Source: Eledone cirrhosa (lineage: Eukaryota). From it: 64,000 nucleotides of DNA. The notes below the pieces were generated by a model, which was given only the letters and a program-made list of their open reading frames with translations, made no database searches and was not told the DNA's origin. Below are positions 26,639 to 38,097 of this stretch, piece by piece. Within the stretch, counting starts at the first letter, position 1. Each line of letters begins with the position of its first letter. A program made the translations under genes and the position numbers. The stretch covers positions 55,490,001 to 55,554,000 of the forward strand of contig OZ024740.1 of NCBI GenBank assembly GCA_964016885.1, in the 5' to 3' direction.

Positions 26639-29600
26639 GGATTTCTTTATTGGCCACAAGGGCTGACATCAAGAAAAACATCACAGACGGAACAGGACGG
26701 TACGATGTGGGTTTTGTGCGTGTAAATATTTTAATTATTTATATAAGAAAAGAAAAAAGACATAAAACATATATATATAAACAATAAAATGAAAATTGAA
26801 ACAATGAAAAATTCTCCGACAGGGGGGAAACCTGCGAGGGTTACTCGTGGCGAAAACCACACAAAAGACCACGGCCACCCTGACTACCAGGGCAAGCGCC
26901 CTCTCTCAATTTTTCCATCTCTCAAACTACGGACGTATATTCAGAGTTCACTCGGACCATTCTCGCTACATTCACCCACCTTTCAACAAACTTGTTAGAA
27001 AGCAGCACTTGCCTCTCCACCCTGATTTTCCTCTTCAAGTGAAACTTGAAAAAGTTAATCAGGGATTCGCCGAAGAGGAAAGTGTTTGTCTTTAATCGTT
27101 TTAACGTTGTCTACCACACAATCTCTTTCGCCATGGCCACCAGGAAGATGAAAACCGTCTGCCCTTCCTCCTCAAAGGAAGACGGCGAGACCATCTGCAC
27201 AATGGACTCAGTCGACAACCGGATCAGTCTCACACGTGACAGCAACTGTTCGACATAGCTCCACAAGTCAGCAATGCTCGGGAACTGAACGAGTGCGTGC
27301 ACAACGGTTTCGTCGCTATGGGCGCATCTCGGACAGGCTCGGCTGACGGCACTTCCGTGCCTGTAGAGCTTATCTCGAACCGGCAGCGCTCCCCGGTAGC
27401 ACTGCCAGGCCAGGGATTTTTGGAAGTTATTGATAGGCCCCGGGCTGAAAGTTCTCCGGAAGAGAGCAAGCAGCTGATCTTCTTCGACGCCCAGGATCTC
27501 TCCAAGAACGTCGTCGCTCTTCCCCTCCACTAGTTCTCTATAGAACGCCGAGGTGGATGTTCCACCGATACTGGTGCCCAACTGGGAGAGGGCAGTGAGC
27601 GCCTGGATACATTCCAGTTTCCAAGCGCTATCCCTCGGTCTTTTTCTGACCCAGGAATGCAGCTCCGTCAAGGAGTGGGAAAATGTGGGAAAATGTGCCT
27701 GGCGAACGGCGCCCACACCCGTTCACCATCAAGGAAGCACCAGAGATGTCGCAGCCTCAGCGCATGTTTGCGCATCATCAACCATGGCATGCCCAGTCCT
27801 CCACGCAACGGGTGTTGACAGCAGATGGATCGTCTGACCATGGGAGCGCGTCCCTTCCACAAAAAGCGGAAGCAGAGGCGCTCCATTTTGGTGATAGTTG
27901 GGCTGTAGCAAGGGACGACGGTGAGGCGGTAGCAGATGACGGATGCAATGTACGCATTCGCCACTTCCGCCTGGCCTTTCAGGGACAGCTTCCTCTCAGC
28001 CTATTTCTGGGTGAAGGAGGCCACCCTGCTCGTCACCTCGTTCCAGTTTTTCTCCATCTGGAGGTCCGGTCCGAACCAGACTCCGAGCAATATAACTGGT
28101 CCGTCCGTCCAACGCCCCACGACGCTGTCGGACGGTATGGACTTGCACCCGTTTTGGTCAGACAAAGACCGAATTGTGGCTTTATTGCCACGTCGCGCCT
28201 CTGCCACCCGGGCCCATTGGACGGCTTTTGTCCCCCCCGTGTTTCAGAGCACGCGCTTTAGCTCTGACAACGCAGCCTTCGTGTTTTGCGTTGGTGAATT
28301 GGTCGAGTGCCAATCTCGCCGCAAGCACGTCGGTTGCGATGCCTGTCCTAAACGCCTCTTCTAGCTTTCTGACTAGCTCTCCCTCTACTCTATTTTCTTC
28401 TATCACTACTCCTTTGCTAAACCTAATCGACTCTACTTTAATTGCCCTTTTCAGGGCGAACCACCACCTCTTGTTGACGACCGCTCCCGTCAACGCCCGC
28501 TTAACTAATACGCTAATTCGGTCTCTGTAGGCCTTTCGCGCCCGGAAAGACGCGTTCAGCTTCCAGTAACCAGGCCCTTGTCTATGAAGTCTGTCTATGT
28601 CAATCTCACAGATCACAAATTTGTGGTCTGTGTAGTCGACTATTTTAAATTGTGGACAACTTATACTAGCCTTATCTAGTTCCCTGCAGAATACCCTATC
28701 TAGATACGATCTGGATAACCCGATGCGGTTTGTCCATGTCCACATTGGCACATTCGAGTGATCCAGTCGATACCTGTCAGACAGTTCAAAACGTCTGAGC
28801 AGGTTAGTGAGGCTCTTGCACCCTCCTCCCCTATCCACTAGCCCCACACGACCCCAGCGTGCATCCAAGATACCGTTCCAGTCGCCCACTAACACTAAAG
28901 AGCGGGACGTTCCAAGAAAGGTCTCTAGACGTCTGAAGAAATCTGGCCGTCCTGCCCCTGTTGGGACGTAGACGGCTACTAGCCTGAAAGCATTGCCTTC
29001 GCTGCCGGTCACGTCCAGTACCACCGACTTACCTTCTGGGTCCAGGACGATGGCCCGTATCGCGAGATCCAAGCCTCTCCGAAAAAGGACGGCAACCCCT
29101 CCCCCCGATCCTGGACGGCTGGGAGATGCGTATACATCGTAGCCGCCGAAGATCGGTGCGAAGGCCCGTGCCTCGGAGATTCTGGTTTCACTGATGGCCA
29201 CCACATCTATGTTTAGTGACCTGAGGTCATTGAGCAGGTGACCCTGCTTCCAAGATGACCACAGGCCACGTGCATTTATACTGCCTATTCTGAGTACAGC
29301 CATATTGGATGAGAAACGGGGCAAATGAGAAAGGGCCACTTACCTTGTTCGTGGGGTGAAGGGACAGTAGAACCGTCCTTTTCGCTGGTCATGGCTGTTT
29401 CCAAGAGGATGTCAGTGTATATCCTCTTGGTAACCGTCCCTCTGAAATCTCCAACTGCGTTGGGGAATTTTTGTTTTAAAGGTTTGTATTGTTCTATTGA
29501 GATTTCGATGATGCTTATGTTGGTCGGGAGAGTTCTTGGTGTTGGTGGGGTGCAGTAATTTTTTTCCGTGATGTCTGTGTGCTGCTTTATATATTTTATG

Positions 29601-31591
29601 AGTTCTTTTTTTGCTATGTTTATGGCTGTGTACTTTTTTTTTTTTGGGGGGGGGGGGGGATTTTGTTGCCGTTTTCTTCTTGTTGCTGTTTGGTGTGTGT
29701 GTCTTGTTGTGTTTGCGTTGTTGGTGTTTGTGGTGGTGTTGCTGCAAGTTTCCTTGCTGCCTTTACCCCTCTTTGTATGCCTTCGCTTTTGGAGGGTGAA
29801 TCTAAGGGTTTCTTTTTTTTTGTTTTTTGTGGCAGACTGTTTGCCATGTCACTCCCGCCTCAAACTCCATGTCGGATTCTGTCGCGTCTGGGAGGAGTAT
29901 GTGCTCCACGGCTGTTGGTGGTGATAGTGGAGCCCTCTTCGGCAATGTTGTTGCTGGTGTAGCTATTTCAAATGTAGCTATTGGTGTTGCCGCTACTGAT
30001 GATGCTGCTTTAGTTATCCGTGGCCTTGGTACGGGTGCTACGGACGTTGCCCTCCTACTCACCGTGGAAGGGGCTTCTTCGTTTGTTGCCTGTCCTGCTC
30101 TTGGTAGCAGCGGACCAGGTATTGGGAGGAGAGGGGCCCTTTTCGGTGTCTTCTGCGGGCAAAAGGCCCTGAGGTGACCTTTAGACCCACAGAGATAACA
30201 TTTTGGCCGTCTTCCTTCTACACTTATAGGGAGTTGTAGTCCTTCCTCAAAGTCTATGATATCGGGGATAGCCTCGATACATTCCTGGTCAGTTTGTATA
30301 AGCATTTGCATGCCTATACCTGACCAGTTCTCTCTCCCTATTTTTTCTACTTGCAGCATGGTCGCCCTGTTCTCAATTCCAGCAAGGACAGACGCGGCCA
30401 GCCAAGGTATGGGCACGTCGGGTGGGACCTGGGTCACTTTGACCCTCACAATTTTCTGCCCGCAGTAGGAGGGCACCAAGACTAACTCCTCACTCTTTAG
30501 GGTTTCCAAAGAGTGAGACTTTGCTTCTTGGGGGGTGGCGAAAAGTACGTCTACTGTGGCGTACTTTCTGCCTCGGGTGATGTGGGTTTAGCGTGCCCAG
30601 ACGCACCCCAAGGCCTTTTGGATTTGAGCCTCCGTGGCTCTCTCCACTCGATGTGAGATTTTGCTTACGGTGCGGTAAATCACCGTTCGTAGCTGCTGGT
30701 CCTTGAAAACATCGGGTGGAGGTTTCAGGGAAACTCTATTTGCGCTTCTTGTCACCATGGCCCTTGCGACTGCCATCTCTTCCTCTGTGACTAACACTGT
30801 CTCGATATTTCGGGCGACACCTGCAAAAGAAGTGGTCCCTTTTTCAGCAGCACCACTATTGCTGCCGCTCCTGGTCTTACTGGTGGTGCTGAGGTCGCTA
30901 TTACAGGTATCGGTGTCATTGTTGTTCTTTTCGCTGGTACAGTTGTTGGTGTTGTTTTCGTTGATACTGTTACTGCTGTTACTGTTATTGTGGCTGTTGT
31001 TATTATTGTTGTTTTTGTTGATACTGTTCCTACTATTATTGTTATTGTCATTGTTATTGTCGTTCTCGACCTTACCGCTGTTATTTTTGTTATTGTCGTT
31101 CTCGACCTTACCGCTGTTATTTTTGTTATTGTCGTTCTCGACTTTACCGCTGTTATTTTTGGTGTTGTTGTTGGTGATGTTGTTGGTGTTATTGTTGGTG
31201 TTGTTTGTGTTAGAAATATTTGTTAATTTTAAATCTGTAACAATCTTTTTTTCCTTTGTAATATTTTCGTTTATATTTATCTCCGCTGGAACGCTGTCTT
31301 GTTGACATGCTGATAAAGTCTCCCCCTCTCTCTCTCTGTGTTGTCTGACAGCGCTTTCTCTCTTTTTTGTGTTATCCATGTTGAAATTTTTCAAAAAATA
31401 GTTTTACACAAATACGAATACGACACCCCGTAAAGGGGTACCGTATTATTTACTAGTGAACCCCTGTATTAGGTGGGTCACTTCTAAACTTTTATCAAAT
31501 TTAAAACTTGAATAAAAGGTTTAGAACGGTTGTAAAAGAGGTAAAACGTTGAAAAAGACTGGAGGCGATAAGAAGCGTGGCTTCACCAACC
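26639..31591 (-). mobile_element. L1/Tx1-clade LINE copy 2 (family B), both ends present, RT core deleted
   Basis: ORF1 pieces (CYLCGSKGHLRAFC); EN 28182-29339 joined at ~28145 to the post-RT region; distinct 3'UTR ending CTTGTGGCCAATAAAGAAA; (AAT)n both sides. Confidence 0.9.
31054..31161 (-). repeat. 36-bp coding tandem repeat x3 (NNSGKVENDNNK) in ORF1 of copy 2
   Basis: Visible in DNA and in ORF 30588-31394. Confidence 0.9.
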
Positions 31592-31606
31592 AATAATAAT
31601 AATAAT

Positions 31607-31702
31607 TGTTTCTACTTTAGGCACAAGGCCAGCAATTACCCAGTGCATTACTGGTACTTTATTTTATCGACCCCGTAAGGATGAAAGGCAAAGTCAACCT
31701 CG
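31607..31702 (-). mobile_element. 5'-truncated SINE (family S2) inside the AAT spacer
   Basis: Near-identical to 17415-17510; AAT runs on both sides. Confidence 0.85.
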
Positions 31703-31710
31703 ATAATAAT

Positions 31711-34700
31711 GATTTCATTTATTAGCCACAAGGGCCGACATGTAGGGGACAATACAAAGACAGGGATAGTGGGGGTTTACAATAAGGTTTACAATGGCGA
31801 GACTAATTTAACAATGTAGATATAAAAAATATGATATAAACTATGCATAAATAATGCAAAATAAATTCAAAGATAGGGGGTGGACGACCCTGGGGTGACT
31901 CAGGTACCCCACCAATGCTGAACCACCCTGCGCTTCTAGGGCACCCAGGGAGAGCACCCTCTACTCAAGTTAGCTAGCCTATAGGCGCATGGTCAGAGTA
32001 GGCCCATTCAGACGACCCATTCTTGCCACATTCATCCACCTTTTAGCAAATGTACTGGGGGCAGCACTTTTCTCTCCACCCTCACCTTCCTTTCCAGGTG
32101 AAACTTGAAGAAGTTGATGAGGTATTGGCCGAAGAGAAAAGTGTCTGTCTTCAGTCATTTTAATCTGGTCCACCATATAAGCTCTTTCGCAACGGTCACG
32201 AGACAGAGGACAATTTCCTGCTCTTCCTGACCTAAGGAAGGCGGTTGGTCGATCTTCACTATGGACTCGGCCGATAGCCGGATTCGTTCCACGCGCGACA
32301 GTAGCTGTTCCACATAACTCCACGAGTCAGTAATGCACGGACATTGGACAAGTGCGTGCAGAACGGTTTCGTCATTCTGTGCGCATGTTGGGCAGCTCAG
32401 TCTGACAGCACTTCCGTGCCTGTAGAGTTTATCCCGAACCGGTAGTGCCTCCCGGTAGCACTGCCAAGCGAGGGATTTCTGAAAATTGTCCATCGTCCCC
32501 AGCTCGAATGTTCTCCGGTACAGACTGGTCAGTTCGACTTCGTCGAGGCCCAAAGCTTCTCCGAGTGCGTCATCACACTTGCCCACCACTAATACTCTAT
32601 AGAACTCAAGAGTGGAAGTTCCACTGATCGCATTTCCCGCTTGGTAGAGGGCAGTGAGTGCCTGGCAACATTCCAGTTGCCAGTGACTCAGTCTCGGTCT
32701 CTTCTTGACCCAGGACTGCAGCTCAGTTAAAGAAATGAGCTGCGGAAAGGCCCGTCTGATAAACGGCGACAACACCTGTTCACCGTTTAGGCAGAATATC
32801 TGGAGATGTCGCAGCCTCAAAGCATATCTGCGCATCATTAGCCACGGCATGCCCAGCCCTCCGCGTAGAGGGTGCTGGCAACAGATGGACCGCCTCACCA
32901 ACGGAACTTGTCCCCTCCCCAAGAATTTGAAGAGGAGCCGTTCCAAATTGACGAGGCGCGGACGGGAGCAAGGCACGACGGTCAGGCGGTAGTAGATGAC
33001 GGACGCGATGTATGCATTCGCCACCTCCACGCGACCTTTCAGTGATAGCTTCCTCCCAGCCCATTTTGGGGTGAGACTGGCTACTCTGCTCGTTACCTCG
33101 TCCCAATTCTCTTCCACCTGGAGGTCTGGTCCGAACCAAACCCCGAGCAACTTTACCGGTATGTCCGTCCAGCGCCACACGACGCTGTTGGACGGCATAG
33201 GCTTGTCTCTCCAGGTTCCGAGCTGCAAGCCCACCGACTTTTCCGGGTTAAGTTTGGCTCCTGTCAACCTTTCATATTCCTTCTATAAGGTGCCGACCAC
33301 CTCGATTTCTGAAGTTTCCGACACCATCACGGTGATGTCGTCCGCATAAGCCGACACCTCCTTTCCACGTCCCGGTTCGAGCGGGATGCCCTACAACAGC
33401 TCCAGCTTCCGCAGTAAAGGCTCGAGAGTCAATACGTACAGAATGGAAGAGAGAGGGCACCCTTGACGGACCGATTAGGAGTGCCGAAATGATTCCGAAA
33501 GGTGGCCATTAACCTTGACCACCGAGCGTGTGCTGCTGTGCATTGCAGCGATCCAGCTTCCGAAGACAAGGCCGAAGCCAGCCGCTTTGAGGAGAAACTC
33601 CAGATACTGATGGTCGACCCTATCGAATGCTTTTGATTGATCTATATTGATCAGTGCCCCACCGAAGCCAGGTTTACACCCTACCCTCTCTATGATGTAT
33701 AGCATGGGGTGAAGATTGTCGTGTATGGACCTGGCTGGGATTGCGCATGTTTGCGCCTCCCCAACCAAATCCTTGACGACAAGCGCCAATCTCTTTGCTA
33801 ACACCATGGCCAAAATCTTAAACTCTATGTTAAGCAGAGTTATGGGCCTGAAGTTGTCTAATGTATCCCTCTTGTTCTCGTCTTTCCTTATCAGCGTCAC
33901 CACTCCCCTGCTCACAGAACTGGAAATACTCCCATTCTGCTGCCAGTCGCAGTAGAGTGCTTCGAGGAGATTGGAGAACAAGACTGGCATATTTACGTAA
34001 AGCTCGTAGGGCAGGCCATCCAAACCGGGTGACTTGCGCCTCATGCAGCCGACAAGGGCGTCCTGAATTTCGGCTGAAGTAATCGGCCTTTCGCAGCGCT
34101 CAGCGTCGACCGTCGAGATGCGCGGCAAGCCGTCAAGGTAGGGATTGAAATCCGCTACTCTCTCTGACTCGCCACTTTCCCCGAACAACTGAGCAAAGTG
34201 CTGGCGTAAGGCCTCACACATCCGCTTGGAATCGCTTATCTCGTGTCCGTCTATGTCCGCCAAAGACCGAATTGTGGTTTTATTACCACGCTGCGCCTCC
34301 GACACGCGGGCCCTTTGAACAGCTTTGGTTCCCTCGTTTCTCAGCGCACGCGCCTTAGCTCTCACAATGCAACCTTCGTGTTTCGCATTGAAGAAATGGT
34401 CTAATGCCATTCTCGCCGCTAGCACGTCAGTTGCAATGCCACTACAAATAGCCGCGTCTAACTTATCTACCAGCTCCCCATCCTTTCTATTTTTCTCTAA
34501 CGCTAGTTCTTTGCTGAACTCTATCGAAGTTACTCTAATCTCTCTTTTGAGAGCCCCCCACCATCTGTTGTTGATGATCTCCCCTGTCAACTTTTGCTTA
34601 ACTAAATTGTTGACTCGGTCCCTGTGAGCCTTACGTGCCGGAAATGACATGTTCAGCTTCCAGTAACCCAGTCCCAGCCTACGCGTTTTATCTAGGTCGA

Positions 34701-37033
34701 CCATACAGATCACAAATTTGAGATCTGAATAGTAAGTGGGCAGCCTACACTATTTCTACCTATTTTCCTTATGAAGATCCTGTCTATATACGATCTAGAA
34801 GACCTCATGCGGGTGGTTCATGTCCATACTGGCACATTGGGGAAATGTAGTCGATACCTGTCAAACAGTTGGAACTGGCTGATTAGGTTCTTGAGGCTTT
34901 TGCACCCCCCGCTCCTTTCAGCTACTCCCACACAATCCCAGCGTACGTATAAGATGCCGTTCCAGTCACCCGCTAACAGTAAAGGGTGAGACGTACCCAC
35001 GTCTTGAGGAAAGCTCTCCCGAATTTCTTTGAAGGAATCGAGTGACATTCGGAACAGAAGCAAATCTTCTGGCACGCAAAATCTGCTCATTTCAAAGACC
35101 TCCCCCTCTGTTTGAATGTCCTCGCTTCGTGCTAAGAGGGCCATCAGTTTATCGTTGGCCCTTCTGACAAGCACGAAGTTTTTAACATTTTGTTGGTGTG
35201 GTTTTATTTGTTTCGTTTTGGTGTCTGTGGTGGTGATGGTTTTGGTGGTGTTGTTTCGGGTATGTCTGTGTTAGTTGTAGGTGTGGTGTCTGCAACTTCA
35301 GGTATTTGTGTGTTTATTTGTACTTGTGTTTGTTTAGGTTCTTTGCGTTTCGGGGATTGTGGGGGTTGTGTCGATGTTGCAGTTGGTGCTGATGTTATTG
35401 TGGAAGTGATTGCGTTAATGGTGACTGTATTTTTGTTGTGTATGTTTGCGTGTTTTGTTGGGGCTGTTTTTTTGGTGAGTTTTCTCAGTTTTATTTGCAC
35501 TTTTGGGTTTTCCTTCATCTTTGCTGCTGGAAGACAAAGGGTCTGTGGCTGTGAGTGTCTCTGTGTCTGTGTGTGCGTTTATTGTTTTGTGTATGTGTAT
35601 AATGGGGGGTAGGGGGAGTGGGAGAGCTTTCCTCGTTTTCCCCTTGGATTGGTTTCGGTGGTGGTCCGGCTGTTTTTGATGTTGGTATTCGTGTCTTTGT
35701 TGGTGTTGTTTTTGGTGGTGGTGGTGCAGCTTTCAGTGCTGACACTGGCGTTGGCAACAAAGGAGGTTTGCGACCCCCTGCAGTCTTGCGCTGATGGCAG
35801 GAGGTTTGCAGATGCGTTGCTTCCCCGCAGACGAAGCAGTGCGGCCTTCCTCCCTTAGTGATTAGTTGATTGTTGTCCCGTCCTGCAGGAGGGAAAAATC
35901 CGGGATGTTGTTCATATCCTCTGGTTTCATTTGTAGAAGAATCTCCAAATCCATTCCGGACCAGTCTTCTCTCTCTGTCCTTTTGATATCCAGGCGGGTA
36001 GTGTCTGTTCACCTCCTCGATTACGCATCCCAGGAGCCACCATATTTTCATTCCTTGTGGGATGCTGGGAATGAAGACCTTTACTGTCCTTTTACCCATG
36101 TAGGACGGGTGCATGATAATGCGTTCCGTTCTGCAAGGGGTCACCGAGTGCTTAATAGCAAGGGTCTCGGTTTTGAACAGTACCGAGATGGTAGCGAACT
36201 GTTTGGCTCTTGCTTTATACTCTATGTCACTTCCGATGCACCCCAAAGCAGCCTTGACCTCTGCTTGCTGGCAAATTCCACTTTGCGTGTCTGCACCGAA
36301 ATGCATCGAAAGTACACCGGCCTTCTTTGCATGGCCGCTATTGCCCCGTCCAGGATGGTCAGGTTTGCCCAGGACTTCTCACGTTTAATTAACCTCCACG
36401 CCTGGGTCAACTGTTCGTCTTTATCGCTAATATCAATATTCAATAAGTGCTGTGTTTTTGCTGCTACTGCAGCAAAGGTGGTGCCTCTGTTGCTCTTGTT
36501 GTTGGTATTGTGGTACTTGCTGTTGTTGTTGGTGTTGTTGTTGTGGTTTTATTTGTTGTTGCTGTTGTCACCGCCATCCGTGTTTACATTGAAGCTGTCA
36601 GTGTTATTGTCGTTGTTGTTCTGAGTTGTTGTTGTGGTTGTGGTTGTGGTGGTGGTGGTGATGTCGTTTTCAGATGATACTGCTCCTAACACAGTGGAAT
36701 AGTCGACAGACATGGCTGTAGTAGTCGTAGTTGTGGTGAGATCTACAGTGGCTGCTTTTGAATTTTTGACCTGAACGTTGTTTACTGTTTCAAGGTCGAA
36801 AATTTCCATATTTTCTTTTGGTGGGGAAGCGATTTTTTTTCGAAGTTTTTAAAAATAAATCTGAATATTCGGGCTTAAAGCCCGAATATTGAGAAGTCTC
36901 CCTGCCTTGAAACCACGGTAGGTACCTTATGTTTCGTTAACGACAAGAAAATACAAATAATGATACTTTGAAACAGCTTAAAGTTACGAACATTTTCCCC
37001 CGAAGACTTGTACGTCTTCATAGATGTGCGTCC
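31711..37033 (-). mobile_element. L1/Tx1-clade LINE copy 3 (divergent family C), decayed, ORF1/ORF2 junction deleted
   Basis: ORF2 pieces 33475-34713 and 32155-33267; ORF1 pieces with CFVCGEATHLQTSC; ORF1 fused into EN at ~35000; 3' end CTTGTGGCTAATAAATGAAA. Confidence 0.88.
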
Positions 37034-37061
37034 AAATGATAGTAATAATAATAATAATAAT

Positions 37062-37795
37062 GCTTTCTTTATTAACCACAAGGGTTTACATAAAGTACAG
37101 GACAATACAGGACGGTACAAATGGGTATTTCTGCGTGTAAAAAAAAACAGGATGTAATAAAAAATAACAATGAAAAATTTCCCAATGGGGGGGAAACTTC
37201 CGAGGGACATTTGTGGAGAAAGCCCATTAAAAGGCCACAGTGACCCTGACCACTATGTCAAGTGCCCTCTCCCAGTTTTCCACCTTTAATTTACAGACAC
37301 ATACTCAGAGTAGGCCCATTCACTCGGGCCATTCTTGCCTCTTTCACCGCACACCTTTTTCGTCGTTGTCGTCGTCGGGGAGAAATGTTCCATGCTTTGC
37401 ACGTGATTTTGGAAGCTATTTTTCTTTACTGGCGTCGCTTGCGAAAGAGAAGGGAGGGAGAGAGACACATTTAGAGAAGGGAGGGAGAGAGACAATCTTC
37501 TCTCTGCTGTAGTGACGATTGAGGAAGAAGAAGACGGAATGAGTGGGAGTGACTTGTGAAAATTCTTTTTCCTAGCCATGTTTTTTGGGGGGTTTAAAAT
37601 GAATATTGGGCACAAAACCCCAATAAGCGGCTATTTAACCCCGAAGGGCCAAATAACGGGCAGTAAGACCCCTCTCACGAGGAGGAGGTTGTTTTTGTCT
37701 ACAATTTGGTTAAAGTTTTAAACAATTTACAATTGTTATTGCTGTCAAAATTTACTATACCTTACAGAGCCGAGCCTCCGTCAACCATGGCATTC
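37062..37795 (-). mobile_element. 734-bp internally deleted Tx1-like derivative (copy 4)
   Basis: 5'UTR plus ORF1 start (MARKKNFH) fused at ~37347 (ACC microhomology) to the last ORF2 codons and 3'UTR; (AAT)n both sides. Confidence 0.9.
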
Positions 37796-38097
37796 AATAA
37801 TAATAATAATAATAATAATAATTATAATAATAATGATTTCTTTATTAACCACAAGGGTTTACATAAAGTAGACATTAAGGACAGTGCAGGACAATGCAGG
37901 ACGGTACAAATGGGCATTTCTGCGTGTAAAAAAAACAAAAACAGAGGATGTAACAAAAATAACAATGAAAATAACAATGAAAAATTCCCCAATAGGGGGG
38001 AGACTTCGGAGGGACATTTGTGGAGAAAGCCCAGTAAAAAGCCACAATGACCCTGACCACCAAGGCAAGTGCCCTCTCCCAGTTTTCCACCTTTAAT

